64,000 nt of DNA from Octopus sinensis (lineage: Eukaryota), in contig NC_043001.1 of NCBI RefSeq assembly GCF_006345805.1, positions 87,792,001 through 87,856,000 on the forward strand, in the 5' to 3' direction. This document shows, one piece after another, positions 47,155 through 60,285 of this stretch. Position 1 is the stretch's first letter, and each line of letters opens with the position of its first letter. The notes under the pieces are model-generated. The model searched no databases. It saw only the letters and a program-made list of their open reading frames with translations, and was not told where the DNA came from. A program made the position numbers and the translations under genes.

Positions 47155-48883
47155 GTATGTCTTGCTCTATTTACTTTTAACATTAATACTTGTGTTATCT
47201 TTATTTTCCATGGAAGTTCTCCGATTGTTGATACTTGTTTTCGTTCAAACCAAGGTCAGTTCTGATCGAGCACATCTATAATTAAAGATGTTCTAACCAG
47301 GTCCGTCTTAGCAACATTATAGTTCCTTGCGTAATTCAAAGCGCTAAGTCCTGTAGTATTTAGCATTTATTAACACCAAGCTACAAAATATATAAATAAA
47401 AATAGATCCCCTAGACCTATATGGGGCCCCGGGTAACTGCCCAATGTGTCCATGCCCTAAGATGGCACTGGTTCTAGCTGTGGTTATCCTGTTCAAAGTA
47501 AGACAACATAACTGAAGTTCCTTCCCCAACTTCGTTTCTTCATAACTTTTTAGAAAATGTTAATTTTGTTTTGGAAATTCTGCAGGGATTCCTTTTCAAA
47601 GGAGTAGATTACGATTATGCTGATGACATTTAAAAAAATTTGAAAGAACTTCAGCTCATTCTTTTCTTCCTTCCAACTTTGTTTCTTCATAATTCTCCTT
47701 AAAATGCATATTTTTAAATGACATTTCGCAGAAATGTCATTTAAAAATATGCATTTTAAGGAGAATTTCAAGAGTGTAGATTACGTAATGTTGATGTTTC
47801 AAGCATATAAATCTGAAGAGAAAAAGTGAAAAATGATAAAGTCACACGGATATTAGCGGTAACAACGTCAGGACGATGTAGAGAAAGTACAATCCGAAAC
47901 TTCTCTAATATTGAAATTTAAAAAAAAAGAAAAATTATCAATATAATTCTGAGGTACGTCCTCGAAAACTGTTTCTGTAAAATATATTAGAAATTATGCA
48001 TTTTTCAGAAAGTTAAAGGAAACAAAATCGGGGTAAGCACACCGTTATATCTATCTGGGGCGATGTAATCGACTAGGGTTAGAACATTAACTTCGACTAG
48101 CCCCCGTCTCCAAAATTTTTCAAGGCCTTCTGCCTAGAGTAGAAATAATTATTTCCATCACGCGTGTAGAATCCTCAAATGTCTAAAAATTCTAAGGTGT
48201 GATGTTTTATCTCTATAAAATATACCATGTAATTGAGTAATTAACAAAGTTTGATTAATCTTGTAAGTCACTTATGTAACATGACGATTTATTTATAAAT
48301 CGGGTGAACGTAGCATGTCGTTTCTATATGGTTCTTCCACGCACGTTGTTTACGTACACACTCGACAACGTAACCCCTTTTCGTATAATTAAAGTATTAT
48401 TATTTTCCTTAGCGATTCTTCTGTACATGCAATTCACTCCTGGTATAAAAAAGAGGACCTGTAGTCTTCCGTTTTGTGATCCAGGAAAGTGAAAATATTC
48501 AACTCGCTAGAGGTTGTCATTTACTAGAAACTAAACAGTTAAAGTGAAAAAGAAGAAATTGTTTTCTTTGAAACTAAAAATATATTTTGGGATACAGTGA
48601 GACCAATACATAAGAGAATACACTCACACACTCACATGTATGAAATGTGTGTGTGTGTGTGTGTGATGGCAATAAAATACATTTTTTAAAAAATGAATGG
48701 GAAACATGTTTTAAGATCCAGCAAGTTAAGTTTAATATGGAGGTAAGCTGATTTAATGAATAACTAGATCAGTACAGTTTTTAACATTAAGGTTAATAAG
48801 CAAGTGTAATATCTAAAATATTGCACAGTTTCTGTTATAAAACTTCTGAACTTTTTAATCTGAGTTGTATCATTTATTTACAG

Positions 48884-48957
48884 AAACTTCCAGTGCTCCA
48901 CAACCTAAAGAAGAGCTTCGACCACTCTATCTAGATGCATTGGCAACAACACCAATG
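48884..48957 (+). CDS. NFS1: NFS1 exon 2
   Basis: tttacag|(E)TSSAPQPKEELRPLYLDALATTPM|gttagt. Confidence 0.9.
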
Positions 48958-49554
48958 GTTAGTTACTCTTTCATACGACTGTTTTATATTGACTATAGAT
49001 ACAGGCATGGTTATGTGGGTTAGAAATTAGCTTTGGAACAACATGCCAAAGGACTTGGCTCGCACCCTGTAATATAGCTGCTGATTTAAGCAATGCTTTG
49101 TGAGTGGTATTGGTAGATGGAAACTGAAGAAGTTCATCATGTATGTGTGTATATATATATATATAAAGATGAGAATGTCTGTGTGAATCCCTAAAACTTG
49201 AGAACTACACAGCCAATTTCATTCAAATTTTACGCATGCCTTACTTAGGGTCCATGTAGTGTCATAGGCCAAAAAATTTTAACTTCTTGCCTACTGTGAG
49301 CCCACAGTAATATCGTATCTTCTCCACTATTTCAGTATTACGTATCAAAAGTGAAACAATAACATCTCTGTATTGTTATGTCAGATACTTTCACTTTAAT
49401 ACTGAAACTATTAAGTGAAACTATTATCTCACATATATACAGACATACATACATACATATATATAATATATATATATATATAGATGTACATGTGATATAC
49501 ACACATACATATATACATGCATACATATATACACACACGCATACACATATATAC

Positions 49555-49866
49555 ATAGGTGCAGGTGTGGCTGTGTGGTAACAAACTTGGTTCCAAAACA
49601 CATGATCCTGGGTTCAATCCTACTGTGTGGTGACTTGGCATGTGTCTTCTGCTATAGCCTCAGACCAACCAAAGATTTTTTCTGTAGACAGAAACTGAAA
49701 GAAATCAATTGTATATATATGTATGTATATATGTAAGTGTATGTGTGTGTCTTTGTCTCTGTGTTTCTCCCTCATCACTGCTTCACAACTGCTGTTCGTT
49801 TATTTACATCCCCATAACTTACTGGTTTCACAAGAAGAAATTGATAGAATAAGTACCAGGCTTATC
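49555..49866 (+). mobile_element. Intronic tRNA-derived SINE
   Basis: gtgcaggtgtggctgtgtggtaac...gggttcaatcc head and matching body. Confidence 0.75.
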
Positions 49867-50542
49867 AAAATAAAAAAAAAAGCACTAGGCAGTGTTTCAT
49901 ATTATTGTTTGCCCACTCACTTCTATCTATCAATTTATCTTTTTTTTTTGTGTGTGTATATATATATATATAGGTTATAAGAGATAATTGTGTCATTGAG
50001 ACCCAAAGGTGTCAGGTAATGCTGAATAAGTGCTATAGACAGACCATAATTGAGTTCCAGATTCGGTAATATTACGAATAAAGGGTTCAACAATTGGTTC
50101 TATGTCAGCATGTGTATATAAGAAATTTTTATGTAATGAAATAAAAAACCAAGGCTGTATAGATATTAGAACATTTAATATCTATACAGCCTTGGTTTTT
50201 TTATCTTATTATGCAAAAAATTCTTATATATATATATATATATATATGGATTTCGTAGACAGCACAAACACGCAATCACTGCATCAAGAGGACAGTAAAT
50301 CTTATGGCTACAGCTTCCTCCTCACCAAGTCTTTAAAAATAGAAATGCCATTTTCTGGTAGGGTTTGTAGGTGTCATAGGCACAGCTTTTGTTCCTTGGA
50401 CTAACTATAAAAAGCAAGGTGAAATAGGAATTACCTGAATGTATAGATTTGGGAGTTAATAAATATACATTTGTTCTGTGAAAGTAGTTGACTTTGATCC
50501 AAAATTTCTTCCCTTACTCTATTTTTGTTGTTTTTAATGCAG

Positions 50543-50659
50543 GACCCCAGAGTCATAGATACTATGCTTCCCTACATGATCAGCTTTTATGGGAACCCTC
50601 ATTCTCGGACACATGCCTATGGATGGGAAAGTGAAGCTGCTGTAGAAAATTCCAGAAAG
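50543..50659 (+). CDS. NFS1: NFS1 exon 3
   Basis: ag|[39 protein letters not shown]|gtatga. Confidence 0.97.
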
Positions 50660-51234
50660 GTATGAATCTAATTTTATGCATTTTACTGGCTTTTTTAAAA
50701 TTTTTTTATTTTTATGATGTTGAGGGTGAGGGTCTTTAGTATAGTTGTAGTTTAGCCCCTGGTTGTTCATGGTCCAGAACATTTTGGCTGTGACCAACCC
50801 ACCTTTTATTCAAACGTATCATATGCAGAATTATATTTTCTAATATAACGTTAATACCAGTTTGAATACGATAAAAAACATGCTTGGACTTGTAAACAAG
50901 CTATTCACCATGTTTTGTGGTGGAGGAAATTTCTCATTGTAGACATATGGTGTAAATACACCCAAGTCGACTCACAGTGCCACCTATCCAGACTGAGAGA
51001 TACAAGCATTATGGAGTAGTTATCTCCCCTTCAGTCACAGAAACCAGGCATTGGCACTATAAGCTGATAAGAGAGACAATCTCTCTTATGTTTATCCAGT
51101 CAACATACATTGGCTGGGAGTGCATATCGACAGCTCATCATGATTAAATTACAGGGTGAGTACGCTAAGGGGTGATAAGTAAAAATGCACAGTTAATACC
51201 AGTTCGAATATACCAAAAGCACATTTGGTCTTCT

Positions 51235-51610
51235 CTTACTCTTTTACTTGTTTCAGTCATTTGACTGCGGACATACTGGAGCACCACCTTTAGTCGAGCA
51301 AATCAACCCCAGGACTTATTCTTTGTAAGCCTAGTAATTATTCTATCAGTCTCTTTTGCTGAACCACTAAGTTACAGGGACGCAAACATACCAGCATCGG
51401 TTGTCAAGCGATGTCCGGGAGACAAACACACACACATATACATATCATATACACGACGGGCTTCTTTCACTTTCCGTCTACCAAATCCACTCACAAGGCT
51501 TTGGTCAGCCCAAGGCTATAGTAGAAGACACTTGCCCAATGTGCCACGCAGTGGGACTGAACCTGGAACCATGTGGTTGGTAAGCAAGCTACTTACCACA
51601 CAGCCACTCA
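51235..51610 (-). mobile_element. Intronic tRNA-derived SINE, antisense
   Basis: Reverse complement of the same family as 49555-49866 and 52920-53345. Confidence 0.8.
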
Positions 51611-52134
51611 AGCCATTCACCACGTTTCGTCATGGAGAAAATTTCTCACTGTAGACATATGGTATAAATATACCCAAATCAGCTCACAGCATCACCTATC
51701 AAGACTGAGATGCAAGCATTTCAGAGTAGTTATCTTCTCTTCAGTCACAGAAACTGAGCGTAATTATTTAATGTGTCCTTCCATTTTTTTTTTAAGACAC
51801 TAAGATATGATTTGAGGGCGACCTGGTTGCTCTTTCTGATAACTTGTATGGTCATACTGAAGCTCTTTTGCTTTGAATCTGAATGGTCAATGATTCAAAT
51901 CCTTATCTAGCCTGGCACAGTATCAATAACCAGACACTTAACTTTTACCATCTCAGTTCACTAAACTTCAAATATGTGTAAAAAGATTTGGTAAAACCTG
52001 TTTTACTGCTATATTTCAAGTTTTTGGTTGGCATAAGGCTATAACAGAAAACACTTGTCCAAGGTGCTATGCAATGGGATTGAACTCCAAACTATGTAGT
52101 TGGGAAGCAAACTTAATCACACTGCCTTACCTGT

Positions 52135-53735
52135 GTCATCATCATCATTTAATATCTGTTTTCCATATTGGCATGGGTTAGGCTGTTTGACAGGAGCTGG
52201 TCAGTTGGAGAGCTGCTCAGACTCTGATTGTCTGTCTTTGGCATGGTTTCTATGGCTGGATGCTCTTCCTAATGCCAAAAATCTATGAGAATTATTTGTG
52301 AAATACTCAATGAAAATGAGTGAATTTTTTTTATTAATGTCTAACATATTCAAGGAATGTCATGATATCACCACAAGTATTATAAACTTCTTAAATAACA
52401 ACACAACATAAATACTAAATATTCATGATCTGTTTATGTGTATATAATTTCTTAACAAATGTGTGTTTAACTTATTACAATTTCATATTATTTAAAAGAT
52501 AATGATGAAACCTACATCAGAGTTTGTTTAAATCTGTGTCTGTTAAGCCACCATCATCATCATTTAATGTCTGTTGTCCATACTGTCATGGTTGGACAGT
52601 TTGACCAGAACTGGAAAGCAGGGGAGCTACAGTCTGATTTGGCATGGTTTCTACAGCTTGATGCCCTTCCTAACACCAACCACTTTACAGAGTGCACTTG
52701 GTGCTTTTATGTGGCACCACATGGGCACTTTTACAAGGCATTACATGTGGGTGCTTTTAGATGGCACTGGGTCTTCTTGAGTACAGCAAGGTGCCAGGCA
52801 TCTTGGTCCTTTGTCATCTTGTCTGAAAGGTTCAGCGTCTTGAGGTTGTTCTTCAGTATTTCATCCATGCAAAAAAAAAAAATGATGGGTAAAAAGGAAC
52901 ACGACAAATAATATAGGTCCTGGCTGGGTTGTGTGGTAAGAAGTTTGCTTTACAACCACAGGATTCTAGATTCAGTTCCGATGCATGGTACCTCGGGTAA
53001 GTGTCTTCTACTATGTCATCAGGTCTACCAAACCTTTGTGAGTGGATTTGGTAGGCAGAAATTGAAAGCGGCGAGCTGGTAGAAATGTTAGCACGCTGGG
53101 CGAAATTCTTAGCGGTATTTTGTCTGCCGCTTTGTTCTGAGTTCAAATTCTGCCGAGGTCGACTTTGTCTTTCGTCCTTTCGGGGTAGATAAATTAAGTA
53201 CCAGTTACGCACTGGGGTCGATATAACCGATTAATCCCTTTGTCTGTCCTTGTTTGTTCCCTCTATGTTTAGCCCCTTGTGGGCAATAAAGAAATAAGAA
53301 ATTGAAAGAAGCCTATCACACAGACACATATATAAAAGTAAGAATTTACTGTGGTCAAGGCTGTGTGGCGTTCTGTTATAAATAAACAAAATGAAAAATA
53401 CACATTGTGTACAGGACATCACCAATGAGTGAAAAATACATAAACTGTTTTTCACTCATTGGTGATGTCCTGTACACAATATGTATTTTTCATTTTATAT
53501 ATATATACCACAGTAAGTGGTATATATATATATATATATATATATCATCATCATCATCATCATCATCGTTTAACGTCCGCTTTCCATGCTAGCATGGGTT
53601 GGACGGTTCAACTGGGGTCTGGGGAGTCCGAAGGCTGCACCAGGCCAGTCAGATCTGGCAGTGTTTCTACAGCTGGATGCCCTTCCTAACGCCAACCACT
53701 CCGAGAGTGTAGTGGGTGATTTTATGTGCCACCGA
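52135..53735 (-). mobile_element. Three short RTE 3'-tail copies (52135-52280, 52550-52860, 53545-53735)
   Basis: Each begins (catc)n tttaa(c/t)gtc.g.tttccat..tagcatgggtt, like the 3' end of the RTE at 56091. Confidence 0.7.
52920..53345 (+). mobile_element. SINE with a second SINE (53069-53296) nested inside, 12-bp TSD
   Basis: agaaattgaaag at 53057-53068 and 53297-53308 flanks a copy of the 31274 family. Confidence 0.85.
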
Positions 53736-53736
53736 C

Positions 53737-53767
<31 letters not shown>

Positions 53768-53993
53768 GAATGAATGAACAAACAAACAAACAAGACACTT
53801 GCCTCTGGTACTATGCTGTGGGACTGAACTGAACACATAACTATATGGTTGGGATGCAAATTTCTTAAGCACACTACCATGCTTCAACCTATGGCATTAT
53901 GTCATTTATGTTAGAAATAGATAGTTGTTGTCCGTGTCCTACAAATGTGTTGTGACATCAGTTTCATAAAATGTTTATCTGTTTTTCTTTCAG

Positions 53994-54131
53994 CAAGTTG
54001 CTTCTCTCATTGGAGCTGATCCCAAAGAGATTATCTTCACAAGTGGTGCTACAGAGTCAAACAATGTTGCAGTGAAAGGGGTTGCACGGTTTTACAAGTC
54101 CAGAAAGAAGCATATCCTCACCACACAAACT
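53994..54131 (+). CDS. NFS1: NFS1 exon 4
   Basis: cag|[46 protein letters not shown]|gtatgt. Confidence 0.97.
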
Positions 54132-54234
54132 GTATGTCATGTGACTCTATATCTAATTTGTACATTAGTCCATTTTTGTGCATGTTAACCCCATTGTTAC
54201 CATATTTCTATTAACATACATTTCTTTTGTGAAG

Positions 54235-54560
54235 GCACATGGCTCAGTGGTTAGAGCATTGGGATCACAATCATGAGGTAGTGAGTTCGATTTCTGGGCC
54301 AGGCTGTGTGTTGTGTTCTTGAGTAAGACACTTTATTTCATGTTGCTCCAGTTCATTCATCTGTAGAAATAAGTTACAACATCACTGATGCCAAACTGTA
54401 TTGGCCTTTGCCTTTCTCTTGGATAACATCGGTTGCATGGAAAGGAGAGGCTGGTATTCAAGGGTGGCTGCTTTTCTTCCATAAACAACCGTGCCTGGGC
54501 TTGTGCCTCAGAGGGGAACATTCTAGGTGTAATCCCATGTTTATTTATGACTAAAGGCAG
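54235..54560 (+). mobile_element. Intronic tRNA-derived SINE (17545 family)
   Basis: ggcacatggctcagtggttagagc...gttcgattt head, then tgtgttcttgagtaagacactttatttca. Confidence 0.8.
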
Positions 54561-55360
54561 TCTTTGCTTGCTTACATTATTTTTCTTTCAATTAATTTGT
54601 AAGATAATGAAGAATTATGTAAAATAACTTTGGCATTATTAAGCTGATGCTTGAAATATAACTTAACCCAAAAGTTATGATTCCATGGTCATACACAAAA
54701 CCAGCCAGCCATTTTCAATATGGAACTAGTGGGACCTATAGAAATTCCACACAACAAGCAAGATTAAGAGAATCTATTTAAGAAAGAAAGGATGATTTTT
54801 ATTTTTATTTTGCTAAGTTATTTCACTTCCAGTCACAACTGTATGATATATAATTATATGGTTTTAAAATATTATATCATATGATTTTAAAATTTTCCTC
54901 TGTTAAGCACTTTATATTTCTCTTTACCTTTTCAACAAACTTTTTAACCTTGTAATTCTCCTCTTCATGTCTTTAATATTTCTCTCTTTCTCTTCACCTT
55001 TCCGTCTCCACCTCACAGCACATTATTAACACTTCTCTCGCCCACTTTTCTCTCACCGTCATTTTCTCTTGTTCTTCGCCTCTCCCTTCAACTAATCACA
55101 TGATGCATTTGGCCTTAGTGTATTATTATACTCCCTTTCTTCTCTACTCACATTTCTCCACCCCACTCTCTCTCACTTTTATTCCACCTCTCACTCAACC
55201 TTCACATCTCTAACTAACTAAAGTATAATGAGCAAACTAACAAGCAGATTGTTATATAGATGTTAGACAAGGAAAAATAACGATGATGATGTTACTCTTA
55301 TTGTTGCTTAATAATTTATTCTATTCCTTCATCAATCTCTGCTAATGTTTTCTGTTTCAG

Positions 55361-55459
55361 GAACACAAATGTGTCTTGGACTCATGCCGTGTATTGGAGA
55401 TGGAAGGTTTCGATGTCACCTATCTGCCTGTTCAGTCATCTGGCATTATTGACTTGGAA
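55361..55459 (+). CDS. NFS1: NFS1 exon 5
   Basis: cag|[33 protein letters not shown]|gtgagt. Confidence 0.97.
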
Positions 55460-56090
55460 GTGAGTACAGTGTCCTGCTAGCATGTTAAGTTCAATGTCTT
55501 AACTCTGGTTTGTTTATTTAAGCTAACATCTGAGTAATGATATATAACAGTCTATCTCAGTTTCTGTGTGTAGTTACCACAGCTAGTGCGAATATTTGCC
55601 TCAATGCACTTTGTCATAAGTTTGTGCACAATTCTTCTTGTACCATTGCATAATTCTAGTTGAGACAAATTACACAATAGCATAGGAGAAGTCCTTTTTT
55701 GTCAGTTGAAGACAATGAGGAGCTGTTCTTGGTGGTTCTAGTGAGTTCAAAAATTCAATGGGGGTAGTTAACAATATCCTGATCATCAACAACACTGTCA
55801 ATTGAGTTATAATTGAATACTGCTACTGGAAGCTTATTCAATGGTATATTAATAATGCTATGTACAGCAACATTTTTGGAGTCAGGATAGGTTGCTCACA
55901 AATCCAATCTGTATTGTAATTATGAAGAAGATTAGGAAAGATTTCATCCACCAAATCATCAATGGAATCAGTTGAATTACATATTGGATTGAGTGTAAAT
56001 TAGCAATAACATAATAGCTTCCCTTGAACCAGGTACTTTCATTTTGCCAGAAAAAGAGACAGAATTTCGATTTTATATATATATATATAT

Positions 56091-58759
56091 ATCATCATCA
56101 TCATCGTTTAACGTCTGTTTTCCGCGCTAGCACGGGTTGGATGGTTCGACCGGGGTCTGGGGAGCTAGGGGCTGCACCAGGCTCCAGTCTGATCTGGCAG
56201 TGTTTCTACAGCTGGATGCCCTTCCTAATGCCAACCACTCCGCGAGTGTAGTGGGTGCTTTTTACGTGCCACCTGCACAGGTGCTAGGGGAGTCCGGCAT
56301 CGGCCACGATCGGTTGGTGCTTTTAATGTGCCACCGGCATGGAAGCCAGCAAAGGCGGCGCTGGCATCGGCCACGTTTGGATGGTGCTTTTTATGTGCCA
56401 CCGGCACTGAAGCCAGTCGAGGCGGCGCTGGCATCAGCCACGTTCGGATGGTGCTTTTTATGTGCCACCGGCACTGAAGTCAGTCGAGGCGGTGCTGGCA
56501 TTGGTCACGTTCGGATGGTGCTTTTTATGTGCCACTGGCACAGAAGCCAGTCGAGGCGGCGCTGGCAACGGCCACGTTCAGATGGTGCTTCTTCTGTGCC
56601 ACTGGCACAGGTATCACAACTACTATTTCCATTGATATTTATTTCGATGTTCATGTACTTGACTCAACAGGTCTCCTCAAGCACAGTGGGATGTTCTGGT
56701 ATCCAAGGTACTTTGAATGGGCAGAGGCTATGCGAAACTGGTGCAGGAAGCAGCCCGGGTCTTTGCAGTCACAGCATATCTCCAGAGATCTCGGTCCTTC
56801 GCCATTGCCTCAGTGAGGCCCAACGCTCTGAGGTCATACTTGACTACCTCATCCCATGTCTTTCTGGGTCTACCTCTCCCCCTGATACCTTCAACTGTTT
56901 GGGAGTGGCACTTTTTCACACATCTCTCCTCATCCATCTGCAATACACGACCATACCATCGCAAGCATCGCTCTTGTACACCACGTCTGATGCATCTTAT
57001 ATCCAGCATTTCTCTCAGGGTGCTTACCCTCGGTCGTGCACGCACACTGACATTACACATCCAGCGGATCATGCTAGCTTCATTCCTTTCAAGTCTATGC
57101 ATGTCCTCTGTAGTCACAGCCCATGTTTCACTACCGTGAAGCATGGCAGTTCGCACACATGCGTCATACAATCTACCTTTCACTTTGAGTGAGAGACCCT
57201 TTGTCGCCAGTAGGGGTAGGAGCTTTCTGAACTTTGCCCAGGCTATTCGTATTCTAGTGGTGACACTCTCTGAGCATCTACCTCCACTACTAACTTGGTC
57301 ACCCAGGTAGCGGAAACTATCAACTACTTCTAGTTTCTTCCCCTGGAGTGTGATAGAATCTGTTTTCTGAGTATCTGTGGTGTCTATTGTCCCTGTGCAT
57401 CTGCCGCACATAAAAGCTATCTTATCAGTTAATTTCCCTTTGATGTTGCTGCACCTCTTATGCGTCCATACCTTACACTGGGTGCATCTTATAAAGTTTC
57501 TATCTACACATTTCCTACAGATCGAGCAGGGCCACCTGCCCGAGGGTGTGTGTGCTGAGTTCGCCTTTCTGCTTACTATAACTTTGGTCTTTGCTACATT
57601 TACTCTAAGGCCCTTTGATTCTAACCCTTGCTTCCACACCCGAAATTTCTTTTCTAGTTCCGGTAGTGATTCTGCTATGAGAGCCAGGTCATCAGCATAG
57701 AGGAGCTCCCAGGGGCAACCTGTTTTGAATTCCTCTGTTATTGCCTGGAGGACTATGATGAATAAAAGGGGACTGAGGGCTGAGCCTTGGTGTACACCTA
57801 CTTCTACCCGGAATTCTTCGCTATATTCGTTGCCAATCCTAACCTTGCTGACAGCCTCTCTGTATAGGGCCTGTACAGCCCTTATTAGCCATTCGTCAAT
57901 CTCCAGTTTCCGCATCGACCACCAGATAAGGGATCGGGGGACCCTGTCAAAGGCTTTCTCCAAGTCCACAAAAGCTATGTAGAGGGGTTTATCTTTAGCT
58001 AGGTACTTCTCCTGCAGTTGTCAGACCAGGAATATAGCATCAGTGGTGCTTCTACCCGGCACAAAACCGAACTGCATCTCATCTAAGTAAATTCTCTCCC
58101 TAATGAGAGACCTTCATCACCTGATCCAACAGTTTAATACCCCTGTAGTTATTTCTATCTAGAGCATCACCCTTACCCTTGTAGCAGTTGACTATGGTGC
58201 TGCTACGCCAGTCATTGGGTATGACTCCATTATGAACTACCTGGTTTACAATGCGGGTGACTAGGCCATAGCCCACATAGCCAGCTGTTTTAAGCATCTC
58301 AGCAGTGATTCCTGATGGGCCGGGGGCTTTACCTGGTTTCATACCCTTAATTGCCTTAACTACAAGGGAGCTGTCTATTCGGATAGCTGGTCCCTCTACT
58401 GGGTCAACATTTGGCAGGCTCTCCTCCTCCCATTCATTCTCCACATTCAGCAATCTTTCATAATGGCTTCTCCAAGCCTCTTTCTTTTCACCAACATTAA
58501 AAGCAAGTGCCCTATCATCCATGCGGACACATTTCTCTCCTGTAACATCACTATTTTCTCTCACACACTGTCTGGCAATCCGAGATACCTCAGCTTTTTA
58601 GTCCTCACGTCGCTGGACATTGGCAAACTTCTTCTTTTCTGCTACATCTTTGGCTATGTATACCTGCCGCCCAGCCTCCTTTTGGCTACCTGGTACAGTT
58701 CCCTGCTACCCCCATCCCTCCAGGCTTTCCAGGCCTCTTTCTTTGCACTAATGGCTTTG
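56091..58759 (-). mobile_element. RTE-clade LINE, 5'-truncated and inactivated, intronic antisense
   Basis: RT motifs DALDRNNYRGIKLL, EMQFGFVPGRSTTDAIF, DLEKAFDRVP, GVHQGSALSPLLF, WELLYADD. It has a small deletion near 58108 and a TGA in LV*QLQEK, no endonuclease, and a (GAT)n tail at 56091-56106. Confidence 0.92.
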
Positions 58760-59045
58760 TATATATATATATATATATATATATAAAGCATAATAATCAT
58801 TTAGTTTCATTTTGGTGGACAAAACAAAGGGTCAGAATCTCTCTTTTATATATATAGATATAAGATATATTTATATTGTTTGTGTATGAATGTGTGCTAA
58901 TGTCTCCTTGTCTTGATGTCAGGCAATAGAGCTGTGAACTAGTGTCACCATCATACAGTTGGTTTCCTTCATTTCCAATCTTCCATATTTTCATGGATAT
59001 TTTCAGGTGCAAGCAAATGACTGAAACAAGTAAAGGATAAGGAAA

Positions 59046-59929
59046 TACATAGTCTGATCAATAAGTATCCAAACTGTTGCCATAGTAACGAAGCTAAAGC
59101 ATGCAGAAGGAAGCTGCTTGGCACAGATTGACTTTGAACTCTGCTGTGCATGTGCACTAAGTTTTAATGTTCTAGCTCACTTCCGTTCTTTACAGCAGTG
59201 CTTGGAAGGAAGGTGTGTAGTGTGTGATCGTTGCATTGACCATGACAGAGAAAGTTGAGCAGAGAATCTGCAATAAATTTTGCCAAAAGCATGGTGATAC
59301 CTACTCAGAGGCCTACACAAAGTTTTTGAAAGGTTTTCATCGTTCTCGACACAACCAAGGTGATCTTGTGCAACTGAAACCAGAGTGTCTTTTTGGTCAG
59401 CTGAAAGCAGTTTTGGCACAAACTTGGCAGACACATGTCTCATACCCAAATCTTCAATGATAATAGACTGGACTGAACTGTAACTAATCTGCACATCCTC
59501 TGATAACTCATGGATGGTGATTCAGTAATTTCACCTCACAGCTGCATGCACATGTGATATTTTTCTCAGTTCTGCTGGTTACAGGTCTCCCAGAATGTTT
59601 TTCAATATCGACATTTTTTCGACCATTTTGGAAATGTATGAACCACTCATACACTTGTGTGCGACTTATACACTCCTCTCCATACACTTTCTGCAACTTT
59701 CTGTGGGCCTCTGAGTAGGTATCACCATGACAACTTGCTCTGTCATGATCACATGCTACACACGTCCCTTCCAAGCACTGCTGTAACAGGGGAAGTGAGC
59801 TAGAATGTTAAAATTTAGTGCCTATGCACAGCAGAGTTCAAGCTCAATTTTTGCCAAGCAGCTTCACTCTGCATGCTTTAGCTTCATCACTATGGCAACA
59901 GTCCTGATACTTATTGATCAGACCTTGTA
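59046..59929. mobile_element. Mariner-derived foldback element made of two 5' ends
   Basis: TIRs TA-catagtctgatcaataagtatc / gatacttattgatcagaccttg-TA. The left arm encodes MTEKVEQRICNKFC on +; the right arm encodes KVYGEECISRTQVYEWF...SGRPVTS and MRHVSAKFVPKLL on -. Confidence 0.85.
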
Positions 59930-60191
59930 CTACCTTTCTTGGAAACAAATGAAGGTTGGCAACAGGAAGGAGGTCTAGCCATAGAAAATCTGTTTCAACA
60001 GACCCATGCAAGCATGGAACTGCAGATGTCAAAACGATGGTGAGGGCAATTTGCAAGAGATTTAGCTGTTGTTTCTGCCAGGTTGTGTGACCAAGTAACA
60101 ATTCCTTTGTAGATTTGTAGAATAGGATGTGAAAATGTTAGTAACAATAGTTATGTTGATGATGATAATTGAAATATGGTTTCCATGGCAG

Positions 60192-60285
60192 TTATTTGAG
60201 AAATCTCTACGTCCTGACACATCACTGGTTTCCATTATGGCTGTCAACAACGAGATAGGGGTGGTGCAACCCATCAAGGAAATAG
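60192..60285 (+). CDS. NFS1: NFS1 exon 6
   Basis: cag|[32 protein letters not shown]|gtatgt. Confidence 0.97.

Noticed and set aside
48304-48492. ORF MNVACRFYMVLPRT... as NFS1 first exon
   Set aside because: No good phase-1 donor and a poor presequence; 47049-47154 has a better start context, donor, phase and targeting-peptide composition.
50849-51755. ~200-bp direct duplication in NFS1 intron 3 (50849-51050 vs 51189-51230 plus 51610-51755)
   Set aside because: Real but diverged, non-coding and split by a SINE; no evidence of function.
56137-57192. 351-aa plus-strand ORF
   Set aside because: Antisense to the RTE 3' UTR tandem array and RT end; no recognisable protein features.
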